Part shown: positions 13,246 through 28,579 of the stretch, piece by piece
Numbering within the stretch: position 1 is the first letter of the stretch
Layout of the letters: each line of letters begins with the position of its first letter
Assembly: GCA_964016885.1 (NCBI GenBank)
Contig: OZ024743.1
Location: 328,972,001-329,036,000, forward strand
DNA from: Eledone cirrhosa
Lineage: Eukaryota
Reading direction: 5' to 3'
Length of the DNA: 64,000 nucleotides
Notes under the pieces: model-generated
Seen by the model: the letters and a program-made list of their open reading frames with translations, nothing else
The model's database searches: none
Told to the model about the DNA's origin: nothing
Translations under genes and position numbers: made by a program

Positions 13246-14069
13246 CTAGCAGCAGTACCCAGCGTTGCCTGGGTAGGTAAAATAATATCTGCTTTGATGA
13301 AAAGGTGTTGATCTTAGCGACTGCTTCTCGATGACTCATCTATGACCACACAGGCCATTCGGGGAAGGGTGGTGATGACCTCTATCACTGAGAAACGCGG
13401 GTGACTGACGAAGGGGCATGCTGGGGGTGGGGAGTTTCGAATTTGAATGAAATCGGTTGAAAAATGTGGGAGCTAGAGCCGAAAAGGCGGAAATTTGAGC
13501 GAACAGGTGGTATTTTCGAATATTTAAGCGGATGCCACGCCGTTCCTGAACAAAAAATGCAAAATGTAAAGTCACTTTAAGACGTGAAATAATCATATCT
13601 ATCGTAGTGTAAAATTTGAACAAAGTAGGTTGATTAATGTGGGAGCTAGAGCCGAAAAAGTGGAAATTTGAGTCTCAAAGTGGTATTTTTGAATATTTAA
13701 GCGGCTGCCGCGCCGTCCCTGAAGAACAAATGCAAAATATAAAGCCATTACAGGATGTGCAATGATAAATTCTATTTTGCTTTAAAATTTGAACGAAATC
13801 GGTGGCAAAATGTGGGAGCTAGAGCCAAAAATCTTATTTTTCGATACCTAAAAAAAGGTGATCCCCCCTGATCGATTTTTATCTGCAGAATGACCCCTTA
13901 ATAAAAAATAAAAAAAACGATACGCTGATATATAGAAAACACTCCCCGATGACTAATCTATAAGCCTGTAAAGTTTCATGAAAATCGGTCGTAAGATATA
14001 GACCCCTATAGGTAATACACAGACACACAGACACACATACACACATACTTAATTTTATATATATACAGA
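13246..14069 (-). mobile_element. Non-autonomous Helitron-type element
   Basis: Minus strand starts TCtgtatatatataaaa (14069) and ends hairpin + CTAG|T (13246); three internal ~178-bp subrepeats share aatgtgggagctagagcc. Confidence 0.75.
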
Positions 14070-14156
<87 letters not shown>

Positions 14157-14712
14157 TTATATATGTGTGTGTGTGTGGATGGGGGTAGGTATAATATATA
14201 CACTACATGTGGGTGGTTGCCAATGCTGAGCTTGGAATGTTTCCCAACTAATGTTAGTAGTAATATGCTTATTAAAAGGACGACAAGGGCAGATAACAAA
14301 GGTGCTTACCAAATTAGAGTGGTACCATATCTTGCCAAAATAATATGAAGACGTTAGGAACGGTTGGTAGCCACCAGGGTGTATATTTGAGATAAACAGA
14401 TAAACACGAAAAATATACGCATATATATACACTGGCATATTGTCGGACTATACTTGTATCCCTGTGTGTATTACATGTAGGAACCCATACTTTTATTATT
14501 ATTCTCCCCAATAGTAGAGAAACCTATAGTCGTCTGAATGGCTGCTATTTTTAGCAGTACAGGATTGACTTGTCCACCGTGCTCTCGCCTTTGCACACGG
14601 TACCATACCAAATACTGCTTTATCATTCATTTGCTTTCATTCTGAGGCAGTTTAGAATGGCGCCAGTTTGAAATTTTTAACTCGGGAATTTTATATTCTC
14701 CGGGAGAGAAAT

Positions 14713-14793
14713 GTCTTCTGATGATAATCTCCTTCTCAATGAAATTCCGCCTGGATTATCTATTCGTTTGGGATTTGAAACCGCGGTAAAGGC
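14713..14793 (+). ncRNA. Type I hammerhead ribozyme inside a ~480-bp unit bounded by ~73-bp direct repeats
   Basis: gtctt CTGATGA t aatct..ggatt t GAAA ccgcgG TA ^ aaggc; direct repeats at 14428-14500 and 14908-14980. Confidence 0.75.
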
Positions 14794-14976
14794 CCATATA
14801 ATAAGTACAGTTAATTAAAAAAAAATTATTTAAAATTTTTATCTTTATTTGCTTTCCCTTGATTTTATATGTTCTGGCTTGTTAATTTATTAACTTGCCA
14901 TTGAACCACACTGGCATACGGTCGGGCTATACTTGTATCCCTGTGTGTATTATTTATATGTAGGAACACATACTTT

Positions 14977-15020
<44 letters not shown>

Positions 15021-15263
15021 GTTTCTACTTTAGGCACAAGGCCAGCAAATACTCAGTGCATTACTGGTACTTTATTTTATCGACCCCGTAAGGATGAAAG
15101 GCAAAGTCAACCTCGGTGGGATTTGAACTCAGATCGTAAAGGGACGTAACTATGCTGGAAAGCATGGCGCCCGACCCTCTACCGATACTGCCAATCCACC
15201 GCCCTATATATATATATATATACATATATACATATATATATATACATATATACATATATATAT

Positions 15264-15423
<160 letters not shown>

Positions 15424-15570
15424 TATTTTCCGTTGTGTTGTAATATAAATATTACACACAGTAGATTATCAGCTCACGTAGAGTTTGCTCGACGGTTTCA
15501 GTTGTAGTTCCAAAAGTAATCCGGAGAAAAATAGAAAGATTTGAATGGATACACTTTAGTTGAAAGGAAT

Positions 15571-15690
15571 TTATTGACACGTGTTTCTATAACAGTTACA
15601 TAACCTAAAACAGCTGCTATCTACAAACTTTTAGTTATGCAGACATTCAATATTTCAATGTTATTATTTACTGTCATTTCATCAGAATAA
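15571..15690 (-). ncRNA. HHR of PLE1 pLTR with 73-nt insert in stem II
   Basis: ttatt CTGATGA a atgacagt [73 nt] actgttat a GAAA cacgtG TC ^ aataa; second copy at 37395-37511. Confidence 0.75.
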
Positions 15691-16276
15691 TATTACTGTG
15701 AGGACCTATTTAGTTTTTATAGAGAATATTAGGAGGGAGGGGTGAAGTTGTTAGAAGAATAGTTGAAGGAGTGGTTTTTCGATAGCAGTGAGAATTCTTG
15801 GTGGCAGTGAGTAATTAGATTCCCATCTGTTGTTTTGACATTTTTTATAGAATATATTATTGGTTATTTTTCTAAATCTATAGAAGGATTAGAGATAGTA
15901 AAGATATGCGTGGTTGGTTTTGTGTTTGCACTTAATTAACATTCAGACTTAAATTTTTCTTTCAAGTGTAAGTATCCTTTCACCCACGCATTCACACACA
16001 AATATATTTGCACACCTCTACAAAATACATATAGTCACAATTCACATATTCATACTTACATATATATACACATGCATACACATATATATACACACATGTA
16101 TTCATGTACATACATACGCGCTCATGTGTATACATTTTCATACTCAACTTATCTTTATATACACACGTATAGACACACACATATATACATACATACTCTA
16201 GTCCATGTGTACACACATACACATACATACACATCCATATACACATATATACATACATATATATATATATATATAT

Positions 16277-16327
<51 letters not shown>

Positions 16328-16602
16328 TATATAAGCACTTTAATACATGAATACACTTACATCTAACTATACACATCAAACATATATATATATTTACTTA
16401 TTTATATACATTTTCACATATATATACATACTTATGGACGTTTTTAGACACATTCATTATCGCATATTTGCACCTATTCTCATCAGCATATATTTCCATT
16501 ATTAGTGTGGTAATTTAAGGTTATTAATATATGTTGAGAAGAGATTGTTTTTATATTTTTCTAACTAGATTAAGGTTTATATAGTTGGGGGATGTCCCTC
16601 TT

Positions 16603-18858
16603 TTATGTAATATTCGGCTTGTAGTGGGAAAAAAGGGTTTTAGTTCTGTGACGGCAGAATAATGTTCGTTCAATTCTGTTATTCAGCAGTTTCTTCTTGT
16701 GTGTGATTATGTAATAAATCTCAAGATTACACAATTTGCAGAAATTTTGGCTCCTGGAAAAGCTTTTGGTTTTAGCTAATTTCTCCCATTTTAGGGTAAA
16801 CTTTTGATCGCTATCCCTGAGCGTCCAAGCTTTTTCTGCTAAAGTTGTTACATTTCTTTGGCTCTGGTGTTTTATTGAGTAAGAATGCCTATACAATCGA
16901 GATTTAAACGATGTTGCCGTTGATCCCACGTAATACCACTCGTTGCCTCCAGATTTAATGGTACACTTATAAATAATATTTTTTTCCAGGCAGTTATTGC
17001 CGAGGGGGCAGTTGTCAGGATAGGTGCAGTTACAGTTGTGTACGTTGGGTTTTCTCTGGAGTAGTATTGCGGACGAACTTAGGTGTGGTTTATTTATGTT
17101 CTGTAGTGTATTGTCTACTGTTTTTTTTGTGTTCTTTGTACTTAAGTTCTTAGTGTTTTCGTTTAACCTTCTAGTATTGATCTTTTTTATGTGTTGTTCA
17201 AGGTTTAACGCTGTAGAGTATGACAGTCTTATAGTGGTAGGGTTTAGGATTTTGTGGTATTTGTGTGATGTGGGAAAATGTCTTTTAATTATTTTAAAGA
17301 AGAGTACTGGTAAATTTGTACTAATGGAACTATTGTATTCGGGGTTATACCATAAGTACTCTTTGCATCGCTTTCTATTAGTTTTGTTTGTTGGTTTACT
17401 GGTGTGCATACTATGGTAGTAAGTGTGGTTTGGTGTTGTGTTATTATATCTACCTATGTGGGATTTATTTTGGGTGTTTTGATTGTTCCCATCTATGTAC
17501 TCTATTTTGTTGAGGTAGCCTGCTTTACTAAGGGCGTTATCGTAGTACTCGGCGTGTTCCTTAAATACTTGTATGTTAGAAGATAGACCCGAGATTCTAA
17601 GGGAAATATTTTTAGGGATAGATTTAATTATAGAGATGGGGTGGTTAGACCCAACATTTACGTATTTGAGATTTTCATTCAATTTATGAAACGGTTTAAT
17701 CAAACCAGAGTTTAAATTGAGTGTGACATCCAGGAAGTTAACTACTTTAAGGTTGTATTCATATGTTATAGTTAGTCCTATTTCGAATAGTAGTTTTCTT
17801 ATATCTTTGCGTAGTTTTTCTAGTTTTTGGTTATTAAGGTTTTTAGCTAGGAGGAGAACATCGTCGCGGTATATTCCGCCGTGGAGATTGCTGAATTTTT
17901 CCTGGAGTCTAAAAGCGATAAATAACCCCACAATATCAGTTATTTCCGCCGAATCGTTAGAGCCCATTGTTATGTCAAAGTTAGAGGGTCTATCTTTACG
18001 TACCCAATAACTGTTCTCAAATTTAACTATAGTTTTCCTAGCTTCTAATATAATCTTAATTTCATCGTTTGTAAGGTCAGAGTTATCCTTAGCAAACTTA
18101 ATGGCTCTATTCAAAGTTTCAGGTGATATCGATGAGTAATATTCATCGATATCAAACTGGATAAACTTAGATTTATTCTTATTGCTAATGCTATTAAACC
18201 ATCTTATTGCTTCTTGGGTCTTCCCCCAGAGTTTAATGTTAACCTTAGCCTTAATTTGGGGGATGATTCTATCTAAGATATATTTGTTTATTTTACCTAT
18301 ATCTGATTTAGAGGGGCAGATTAATCTAATTTTAGGGTCATTATCAAAGTTTACCTTGTGGTCCTTAAGATTGAAGGTGGGTACCGCCGGTAAGAGTGGT
18401 CCTGTCCTATCTTCGATTCCGAGATTTTTCACTATTTCGCATGCCTCATCATTGATGTGCTTAAGGGTTACTTCACTCGTTTTTCTATATTTTTTATGTA
18501 ATTCTTTTCGAATGAAGTTGTTGTATGTAGTGCAATCCATAGTGTACAGGTTTGATGTTTTGTCCGCTTTTACTACAATTCCTTTGGTGTTTTTAAGGTC
18601 GTCCAGTAGTTTTTTTATATCTTTCTGTAATTTGCTGTTGGTGTTGCGTCCTTTGAATTTAATTTTAAGGATTAAGTTCATAAGGTCCTGCTCAAATACA
18701 TCTAATAGTGGGTTGGTGGGTGGGTTTTTACAAGTCCTAAAACCGAATTTGTTGTTTACACCACTTTCTAATGTTGAGTTCATACGGCTTCTATCATAGT
18801 GGAGCGTTTTCCACCTGACACGTCGAATGAATTCATTAGTTTTTTGAATCATACTCAA
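16603..18858 (-). CDS. PLE reverse transcriptase + GIY-YIG endonuclease (751 aa, uninterrupted, probably slightly 5'-truncated)
   Basis: [38 protein letters not shown], CNCx5CPx4C linker, IIYKC..YYVGST..R..H, CKLCNLE, CRH. Confidence 0.92.
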   Translation of the reverse strand: MSMIQKTNEFIRRVRWKTLHYDRSRMNSTLESGVNNKFGFRTCKNPPTNPLLDVFEQDLMNLILKIKFKGRNTNSKLQKDIKKLLDDLKNTKGIVVKADKTSNLYTMDCTTYNNFIRKELHKKYRKTSEVTLKHINDEACEIVKNLGIEDRTGPLLPAVPTFNLKDHKVNFDNDPKIRLICPSKSDIGKINKYILDRIIPQIKAKVNIKLWGKTQEAIRWFNSISNKNKSKFIQFDIDEYYSSISPETLNRAIKFAKDNSDLTNDEIKIILEARKTIVKFENSYWVRKDRPSNFDITMGSNDSAEITDIVGLFIAFRLQEKFSNLHGGIYRDDVLLLAKNLNNQKLEKLRKDIRKLLFEIGLTITYEYNLKVVNFLDVTLNLNSGLIKPFHKLNENLKYVNVGSNHPISIIKSIPKNISLRISGLSSNIQVFKEHAEYYDNALSKAGYLNKIEYIDGNNQNTQNKSHIGRYNNTTPNHTYYHSMHTSKPTNKTNRKRCKEYLWYNPEYNSSISTNLPVLFFKIIKRHFPTSHKYHKILNPTTIRLSYSTALNLEQHIKKINTRRLNENTKNLSTKNTKKTVDNTLQNINKPHLSSSAILLQRKPNVHNCNCTYPDNCPLGNNCLEKNIIYKCTIKSGGNEWYYVGSTATSFKSRLYRHSYSIKHQSQRNVTTLAEKAWTLRDSDQKFTLKWEKLAKTKSFSRSQNFCKLCNLEIYYIITHKKKLLNNRIERTLFCRHRTKTLFSHYKPNIT

Positions 18859-18870
18859 TAAATATTCCTT

Positions 18871-18955
<85 letters not shown>

Positions 18956-19093
18956 CTTTGTTTGTATATATATATATATATATATAGCTTTGTTAGTATG
19001 TATATATATACATCAAAAGCATGTATTGAGTTAGAAACTCAAAATAGTCTCATTACAGTAAATTAGCTCTAGGATAAAGATTTTTCCGAGCCG

Positions 19094-19510
19094 TATATAA
19101 CTGGACAAAAAGGAAAAACGAATATAGACATATATATATATATATATATGTGTGTGTTCAAATCGTAATGGCCCAAAATCGCTAAGGTGAAAACAATACT
19201 AACTACAGACAATAGGGTTTGATTTAGAAGTGAGGAGGATACTAATTTCTTCACCCACTGTTGAGCCTGGAATTTGGTATATCTCTTCGCAAATAATATT
19301 GCGAAACGGTTCTATCAAAGACGGTCTGGGTGATGGTAGTTACCACAATACTGGTTTGTATTTATTTTTCTTAATTTATTCTTAAATTGAGTCTAGCAAA
19401 CCCTATTGTCTGTAGTTAATATTTTTTTCACCTTAGCGATTTTGGTCCCTTACGATTTGAACACATATATATATGTCTGTGTTCGTTTTTCCTTTTTGTT
19501 CAGTTATATA
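19094..19510. repeat. Inverted-repeat element between (TA)n tracts, no HHR recognised
   Basis: 19094-19221 is the reverse complement of 19397-19510. Confidence 0.75.
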
Positions 19511-19539
19511 TATACATATACATTTATACAAACACGCAA

Positions 19540-19591
<52 letters not shown>

Positions 19592-20049
19592 TATGAGTGT
19601 GTGTCTGCATATATGGTTCTCTTTCTTCCATTCCCTCCCCCTCTCCCTTCTTCTGCTCAATATGTGGTTATATTTTAACCCAACATTTTGCTATCGACAT
19701 AGAAATCAGCTATTCACAGCTACCTCCGCGCTGAAAACCCTACAGTTTCGTGAAAATTCATGTTCACTCATCGCTTCAAACCCGTTCAATTAATGTTTAC
19801 CTACATAAATTGAACCATGTTGGCTTCCTAAATTGGATGGTTAATGGTTTCAGGGACAGGTAACTCTTTATATATTTATCTATCTACCTATTTACGTCTC
19901 TCTTTCTCCTCCTTCCTACCTATCTATTTTTGTCTCCCACTCTCTTTATTTTCCCGCGCGAAACCATGTAGATCTAGTAAGAAGCTGAAGAGGTCATCAC
20001 GACAGTTCTGTATTTCTCCTTAGTTTACCATTCTTCATTCTTTCTCTAG

Positions 20050-20175
20050 CATTTTTATCTTTGGCAATTCTCCAAAAATATTTTGTTCAATCATGTGCAA
20101 TTCCTTCTTCAAAAATTCTTACTCTTTTCGAAGAATGGGCGGGCACGGAGTCCTGTAGAAACATGACTCGACTTG
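20050..20175 (-). pseudogene. Tc1/mariner transposase relic
   Basis: Minus translation RVMFLQDSVPAHSSKRV resembles the Tc1 F-QDNAPAH motif. Confidence 0.45.
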
Positions 20176-21318
20176 CATCACTATGATTCCTAATCTAAGG
20201 CTACAAATCTTCTTCTTAAGATTTTGAGATACTCTGCTGTGTTGATTTTAAGATCCGCTTCAATAAAAGCTGAAGGAACTTGGGAGGGGTCGTATGCTAT
20301 TACTTGTTAGTTTTGACGGTTTGTAACTTCGTCAACCACGAACGTCTTTCATCCAAGAAAATGCAGACGTCTCAGATGACTAAAAAGTTTGGGACTTCTT
20401 TCAGCTCGAATGGCTTTGGAACAAGTAGTTAGGATGTTACGGTGTCCCCTCACATACAGTTTCATATGGCGGTTTGTCTCACAACCCTAGTAACGGTCTC
20501 ACAACCCTAGTAACGTCATTTTACTGCTTCTTAAATCTTGAGCCAACTTCGCCATCGATTTTTATGGGTTCGACTCAATCAATCTTTTATGTCCTGCTAA
20601 GAAGCGAGGTGTGCGTTTTCAGTAACTGCGAGGGCTTCTCTAAACATCATGACTTTTCTTCAAATTGGCTACAATTCTAAAAACAGTAGATTTGGCATAC
20701 TTTGTGGCTCCAATGACGCTAGAAATAGCAGCCCAAAACAATCTAAATCAACTCTACAATGAAGGAGTTGTTAATATTAATTAAAAGGTTATTTGACTCT
20801 AATACTTAGACATCTCAATGAATTGGATAAAATATATAGATAAGATCTCATTCAGAGAAGCAAGTTTACATGTTAACAACTCCTTGATTGTAGAGTTAAT
20901 TTAGATGGTTTCTTGTCTGCTATTTCTAGCGTCATTAGAAGTCCGTCACATTGTCCTAATATATAGAGAGAGACTTGTTCATTTAGTAGTTCAACAAAGC
21001 AATGTGTTTGACTGCACGTGGCTTCGGCAACGAAATGACATGTATACTTTATGATCAATACTCCTCTTGTTCCAAAGAATACTCCCCTGACGAAAAAAAT
21101 AAATTCTTACAATATTGGTTATTCCAATGACTTGAAATGGCTGGCATTGCTTCTTTTGTTTTTGAAACCATGGTAGGAAGACGTTTATATGACTTTCAGA
21201 TTTTAGTTTGTCTGACTTATACTCCCCTAAATAGAGTTTTTAGGCATAAGTTTAATATGTTATATATATATATATATATGTGTGTGTATGTATATATATA
21301 CATATATATGTAAATATA

Positions 21319-21383
<65 letters not shown>

Positions 21384-21434
21384 ATATATATACATATATA
21401 TGTAAATATATATATGTATATATATATATATATA

Positions 21435-21653
21435 CGTTATTCCGGGTTGAATCGGAGGTAACCACAGTAAGTAAGGTACTCAATACATTGCAGAGTATAA
21501 AAGTTTTAATATAGATGAGATTCTACAGGACTAGAACTGTTTCATTCTTTAGAAATCATCAGGAATCTGGGTATCAAAAAATTTATTTTTTGCTACCCAG
21601 ATTCCTGATGATTTCTAAAGAATGAAACAGTTCTAGTCCTGTAGAATGTCATC

Positions 21654-21655
<2 letters not shown>
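21435..21655. mobile_element. Family C head-to-head insertion with two HHRs
   Basis: Minus HHR 21518-21568, plus HHR 21599-21647, near-perfect palindrome centred near 21583, (TA)n on both flanks. Confidence 0.85.
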
Positions 21656-21736
<81 letters not shown>

Positions 21737-21737
21737 T

Positions 21738-21803
<66 letters not shown>

Positions 21804-21842
21804 TAAATATACACGGGTGTGTATGATTGTGTATAGAAGATT

Positions 21843-22152
21843 ATATTAATAAGAGGAATTCCAACTTTGTCTGATTTACTCGTTTTATTTACAATCCTTT
21901 AAAATATATATAATGGTATTATAATGAAATAGTATGATAGAATATTAAATTCTAAGTGTTAATTGAACAAGTACTTTCATGCTTTCGCAATCTTCAGGTT
22001 CATGATATGTGGTGACAGTCGAGTTTGCAATTTGAAAATTAGACACTTAGAATTTAATATTCTATCATACTATTTCATTATAATACCATTATATATATTT
22101 TAAAGGATTGTAAATAAAACGAGTAAATCAGACAAAGTTGGAATTCCTCTTA

Positions 22153-22159
<7 letters not shown>
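21843..22159. mobile_element. Inverted-repeat element with a minimal HHR in the spacer
   Basis: Arms 21843-21958 and 22043-22159; minus 21964-22002: tgaac CTGAAGA ttgcgaaagcat GAAA gtac TT ^ gttca. Confidence 0.75.
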
Positions 22160-22221
<62 letters not shown>

Positions 22222-22724
22222 GGGGGAGGCAGCGATTTAAAAAGGGAAGCACTTAGAGGAATACTGTAATATTTGTGCAAGAGTAATCTGACTGTAATAT
22301 GACAGTAGGGTGACGATAGGGAGAGAGGGTAAAAGAGAAAGAGAGTAGCTGCAAGCCACAAGGTTATATGATTTATATCTTATATATACTCTCGGGTCTC
22401 GAATAATTGTCCCCACCCTGCTTATTATTTTTTTAGGACCCTCAACCCATTCCGGCGAAATTTTATTTTAAGTGGTAGCATTCCTGCAACATTTAATTTT
22501 CTTTATACATTAAACAACATTAAACATGACAAAAATGTACATTACTAGAAATTCCATACGTTATAAAATAAATAGGATGGGTCGAGATCTCAATATGCAA
22601 ACTAAACGACTAATATTCTGGTTTAATAAAAAAAATACAACGGATTACTACTTAGAAAAATTACCAATTTTCCACACCTGTTATTCTTATTATTTGGGAC
22701 CCGAGAGTATATAACATACATCTT

Positions 22725-22816
<92 letters not shown>

Positions 22817-23079
22817 TAAAATAACATATTAAAGTTTAAGCAAAGAATCGCTGCTTTCACCCTTAACGGGATCTTCTGAAACTAAAAAAAATCAATCTGT
22901 GAACTCAGAAGTAAATATTTCGAAAACAAAAATATTAATCTGTTATTTTAATAAGTATTTGCTCTAGGGTTCTTATATATTTGATATATATATTTATCCT
23001 TATCGAGCCCTCTTTGGATTTTAGTCTTCATATTTATTATTATTACTATATATATGTATATCTATCTCTCACTGTGTGT

Positions 23080-23172
<93 letters not shown>

Positions 23173-23486
23173 GTACACACACTCACACATAAATAAAAAT
23201 AGAATTACTATAAAGAGCCTAGTTCGGTTCAGCTTCAGTTTGGATAGAATCCAAACTGAACCTGAACCGATAAGGTCTGCTCTCTTGGGTATGTCAACAT
23301 TTATGAAACAAATTTTGTATTATAACTCTCATTTCTTGAAATATATATAATAAAATAAATATGGTTTTATAAATATAGTTTCCATTTATTAATATCATTG
23401 ATATTATACTCCAGAAAACTTGTAGAGTGCTTCGAATCTGTTATAAATAAATTTGTTGAATAACCAACAAATTAAATATCTCTTTG

Positions 23487-23541
<55 letters not shown>

Positions 23542-23583
23542 ATGAAACATAAGTCAATTGCATGAACTCATAATCCTTTATTT

Positions 23584-23639
23584 ACTGCTATATATATTTC
23601 GATGATAGCCATTGAATGGCTATGACCTCATCAGGCAGT
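23584..23639 (-). ncRNA. Type I hammerhead ribozyme
   Basis: actgc CTGATGA ggtc atagccat/atggctat catc GAAA tatata TA ^ gcagt a AATAAA. Confidence 0.8.
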
Positions 23640-23754
23640 TAGTCAGTTCTTAGATATGCCAGCTCTGTGTTTATGGTGTTGATGGTATCAGAGCCTTGGG
23701 ACATATATATATATAGAGAGAGAGATTTACACAAACACATACATACATGTGTGT

Positions 23755-23839
<85 letters not shown>

Positions 23840-23848
<9 letters not shown>

Positions 23849-24172
23849 GAAGAAAAAATGGCTTCACTTGTGCTTTCAATAAATTTATTTTCTTCACAAA
23901 ATCCCAAAAGAATTTTTTTCCGGATTAGAAAAAAATTTTTTTCTTAAAAAAAATTATTTTATAAATTAAGTTAGGTCTTAGGAGTTCTTGGTTAACGTAG
24001 GAGGTATTGTTTCGTTTTTAGAACGACCTTTCACGCTGAGGTGCGCTTGTCTAATCCGGAAAAAAATTCTTTTTGGATTTTGTGAAGAAAATAAATTTGT
24101 TGAAAGCACAAGTGAAGCCATTTTTTCTTCCCCCCTGTCTTAATATACCTAACTGTACCAAGGATTACACAC

Positions 24173-24178
<6 letters not shown>
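23840..24178. repeat. Inverted-repeat element between microsatellites
   Basis: 23840-23929 is the reverse complement of 24050-24140; only a degenerate gTGAAGA..GAAA motif. Confidence 0.75.
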
Positions 24179-24252
<74 letters not shown>

Positions 24253-24361
24253 CGAAGGAGTTGTGGTAAGGAACCAGATGGACCATAACGCACCAGAGTA
24301 CTCAATACTTAGGGTAGAAAAGTAACACATAGTTGATATATATATATATATATATATATAT

Positions 24362-24915
24362 AAATGGAAAAGAATGAAACGAAATTTCATTTCTCACTCT
24401 TGGTACGGCTGATACTTAAATGTAAGTATGTATGTATACGTACATACATATATGTATACAGACGAACAGTAGTATGTATATGCACACATATATATATATG
24501 TACGTATGGGTTTACCGAACATTTATTATAATGTTCGGTTTGTTTGTAAACAAACAAACAGCCCGAATTACGCCGTACAGTGTTCAGGCAACCATCGTCG
24601 CCTTTTTGTTCAACACTGACACAGGAACGATGAACTAGTTTCAAGCTTATTAGCTATCGTCAGCATCGTATACCTTCCTGCCAGATGATTGAACGTCTGA
24701 AAGTATATACTTTCCTCATGCACATTAACGGCTGAGCAGACGATAGCTAATAAGCTTGAAACTAGTACATCGTTCCTGTGTCAGTGTTGAACAAAAAGGC
24801 GACGATGGTTGCCTGAACAATGTACTGCGTAATTAGGGCTGTTTGTTTACAAACAAACCGAACATTATAATAAATGTTCGGTAAACCCATACGTACATAT
24901 ATATATGTGTGCATG
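24362..24915. mobile_element. Family D HHR element, head-to-head
   Basis: Minus HHR 24627-24669 (acgatg CTGACGA tagctaataagctt GAAA cta GTT ^ catcgt); inverted arm 24739-24915; other copies 3747-3843, 34720-35650, 38172-38762. Confidence 0.85.
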
Positions 24916-25668
24916 TTAAAATCACACCGAAGTCTACTTTGTCGTTCATTCTTTCAGGGTCGATAAAGAAAGTGCAAGCGTAATGCTGGTGCAGAGCTCT
25001 CTCCATCAACTTGTCACATCCAAGATGTGACACTCGGTCAAAGGAGGTAGCGTGGAGAGAATCCCTCTGTTTGCTAACAACTACATAGGCACTTAAAGCC
25101 CTTAGCGGAAGCATCGTAAATAATACTAAGTTATACTCGTTTGCAAGTCTGATCCTATGAGAAGCCACCGTCTCCAACTGATCTGATTGGATCGCCAAGT
25201 GAGACCAGCCAAGCTCATGGATATTATCCAACCGATTTTCTCGGCGTCTACCCTGGGTCTCCTACCTGTTGGTTTTGTCCGTAAAATCTGTCCAGCGATT
25301 CTTTCCTGAGACATTCTAACCATATTTCTATAGTATCGGAGCTGTGATCTCTCAATTTTGAGACGTAGCGGCTCTACCTGGAGTGACTCTCTCATCTCCA
25401 AGCTAAGTACACTATCGATTGCTAGTGACTGTTGAAATGCCAGTTATCGTAGAGGGGAATGTGGGATTATGTTTTTCATTGGCTTGGGTTCATCGATAAC
25501 ATGGGCTTGATTTAGATTTGTTTACTTTCTAGTTGAGGCACACACGCAAATGGAAAAATATGAGTACTGACGTTTATATACGTTAATGCTCATCTTTCTC
25601 CATTTCTTAGAGGGTTCTAAACCCCACTATCAGGCTAAATTCTTTAATAAAAAAAAACACGGCAAAAG

Positions 25669-25739
<71 letters not shown>

Positions 25740-26130
25740 TTTAGTTAACGATGTATCGTTTAAGGCAATCCAGTTAGAGGTTGTGAGTACTCTGTATCGA
25801 GGATAGTTTTAACGTTCGGCGTTGTTTGACTCAACAAGGAGTTTCCTTAGTTGTGGTGTTCGGGTCGCCGATTCAAGACAGTTCCTAGGTAAGCAGTAGC
25901 TGGATACTTTTAATAAAGGAGTGAGGAATAACCTGGATCGCCTATAGCCGATAGGGTTTATTCCAGGTTTTAACAAATGTTTCATTAATCCAATGTGTTT
26001 CATTAGTACAGACCGCTGTTCGTAAAATGCTACCTCACTCGATTTTAATTACAATTGATACCCAACCAAATTTTCAGAATACTGATCTGTGTACATGATA
26101 TAGTGTACATGTATCTATAAATACTAGCGC

Positions 26131-26206
<76 letters not shown>

Positions 26207-26696
26207 ATATTAAACGTTGGCTGTGCTACAGGAGGAACACAATCTCAGGGCTGCAACCTGTCACCTGTCGCCCCATGCATTAAGGCAGGAACAAAGGAAC
26301 GAGGGTACCTTCCTCATTGAAAAGGAAACCGCCACCAGGATTGTTTTGAAATTCATGTTTCATTTAAAAGTTGCTTTAAATGCACTTTGGATGACAAACG
26401 GAAAAGTGTCACCCGACATATGACACAGAAAAGTGTCACCCAACATATGACACAGTATCTTATCGTCTCTTGCTCCTAGCCCCCACCCATCCTCCGGGGG
26501 TTGCTGTTGCGTCTTGTGCATCTGGAAGAAATTAACTTTGCCCTAAATAGCTACTTTATTGCATAAAGTTTTAGCAAGTGGATTATCTTTGTTGAAGAGA
26601 TGACATGCTGGATATACATCTACATTTACATATATATATATATACATGCATACACACATGCATTTTGTGCGAGTGTGTACATGCAAGTCTCTCTCT

Positions 26697-26790
<94 letters not shown>

Positions 26791-26912
26791 CATACAGATA
26801 TTTGTGCGAGTGTGTAGTTGTGTTTACATATGTGTACATATATGTATAATACTCATATATATATCTGGACAACAATCCAGCAACTCGAACCGTATATATA
26901 TTCATGTATGTA

Positions 26913-26972
<60 letters not shown>

Positions 26973-27038
26973 CATGTGTGTATATATATATATATGTATG
27001 TGTATATATATATACATGTATGTGTATGTATATATATA

Positions 27039-27143
27039 TGTCTGTCTACCGAAGTCTCCGTCTCACTGGAATGTAGAGCTGGTTACGTTGTTTTAACGAG
27101 CACACATACACACACACACACACACATGCATACACACACACAC

Positions 27144-27232
<89 letters not shown>

Positions 27233-27294
27233 CTCGTTAAAACAACGTAACCAGCTCTACATTCCAGTGAGACGGAGACTTCGGTAGACAGACA
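27039..27294. repeat. Palindrome centred on a (CA)n-(TA)n-(TG)n tract
   Basis: 27039-27103 is the reverse complement of about 27230-27294. Confidence 0.85.
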
Positions 27295-27418
27295 CCTGTG
27301 AGGTATTTGTAGCTGGTCTGCCATCCATCACTAACAATTACGTTGAAGTTACAGAAGTAGAGGAGACGAGGTCAAACATAAATGTCATTGGAGGTACGTA
27401 GAAGAGAAGGGGGATGAC

Positions 27419-27458
<40 letters not shown>

Positions 27459-27500
27459 TATATATATGTATATATATATATATAATTGCTTGCTCCGCTC

Positions 27501-27537
<37 letters not shown>

Positions 27538-28310
27538 TATATATATATGGTGGCTGCCAACTCGTCTTCGAGTACGGCCACTACTTTATATCCATATAGG
27601 AGAACCCCTACCGATGCGCTGAACGAGTGTGACTTTTTAGTCCAGCCAGCGACTTGAAATCTCTGGTACAAACACTACACTTGTGACAATTATTGACACA
27701 TAGTGCTGGGCCCATGGTACCATGTGACGACAAGTGCAGAGAGATCTCCAGATATAAAGCAATGCCTGTGCTGTGAAGCTTTTATAGTGAGCAAAGGCAC
27801 TGCACAAAGCCAGTCCCACTCTCTTAACCAAGATGATATTTACCAAAAAGAAGAACAAGTCAACATCATTGGATACCATCAGGATTGCAGGTGTTATATC
27901 AGAGTTTTCTTTCTCCTAGAATTCTGCCTTGACAAAGGCTAAGGGGTAATCTCTCCCGGTGATTTTGGATGGCCATTGACTCTTAAGAGCTCCTTTGCCC
28001 CTTTGACAGGTTTTGTTTTTAGTCCTGCAGGATGTCCAAAGTCACCCTCCTCACCAAGAAACCTTGGTGGGGTTGCCAGTTTAGTCGCCAACGACCCGAC
28101 CATGAGACAGGTTGTACTGGGATACATGTTACCAGTAGCACCAACTGGTGACCTGACATATATATATATATACATGTGTGTGTGTGTGTATGCGTGTGTG
28201 TGTGTATGTGTGTGTGTTTGAACAATAAAAACAGAAGTCAGGTGTAGGTAGCGAGTTAGTTCATTGTTTTACGATCGTTTCACAACCATTTGTACTTCTA
28301 TATATATATA

Positions 28311-28500
28311 AAACAAAGAAAGTTTGGTAAGGAACTAGGTGGACCATAACGTACCAGAGTACTGGATACTTAGTGTAGTAGAGTGGGTAATAGGAAAAGA
28401 ATCAGGATCCCGACGGCTGAGCTCCGGCGTTTCGACAGCTAGATCCGAACTGTTCGGATCTAGCTGTCGAAACGGCCGGGGCTCAGCCGACGGGGTCATG
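28311..28500. mobile_element. Family A head-to-head insertion
   Basis: Palindrome centred near 28451 (gatccgaac t gttcggatc); tail homologous to 1-128. Confidence 0.7.
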
Positions 28501-28579
28501 TATATATATATATATATACATCTATATATATATATTATATTACTATCACACCCATCCCCTGTCCCTCCCTCTCCCCCCT

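Noticed and set aside
21843-22159. Inverted-repeat islands as MITEs
   Set aside because: Arm lengths and junctions vary between copies of a family, the arms are asymmetric, and they contain HHRs; this fits PLE-type inverted retro-insertions better.
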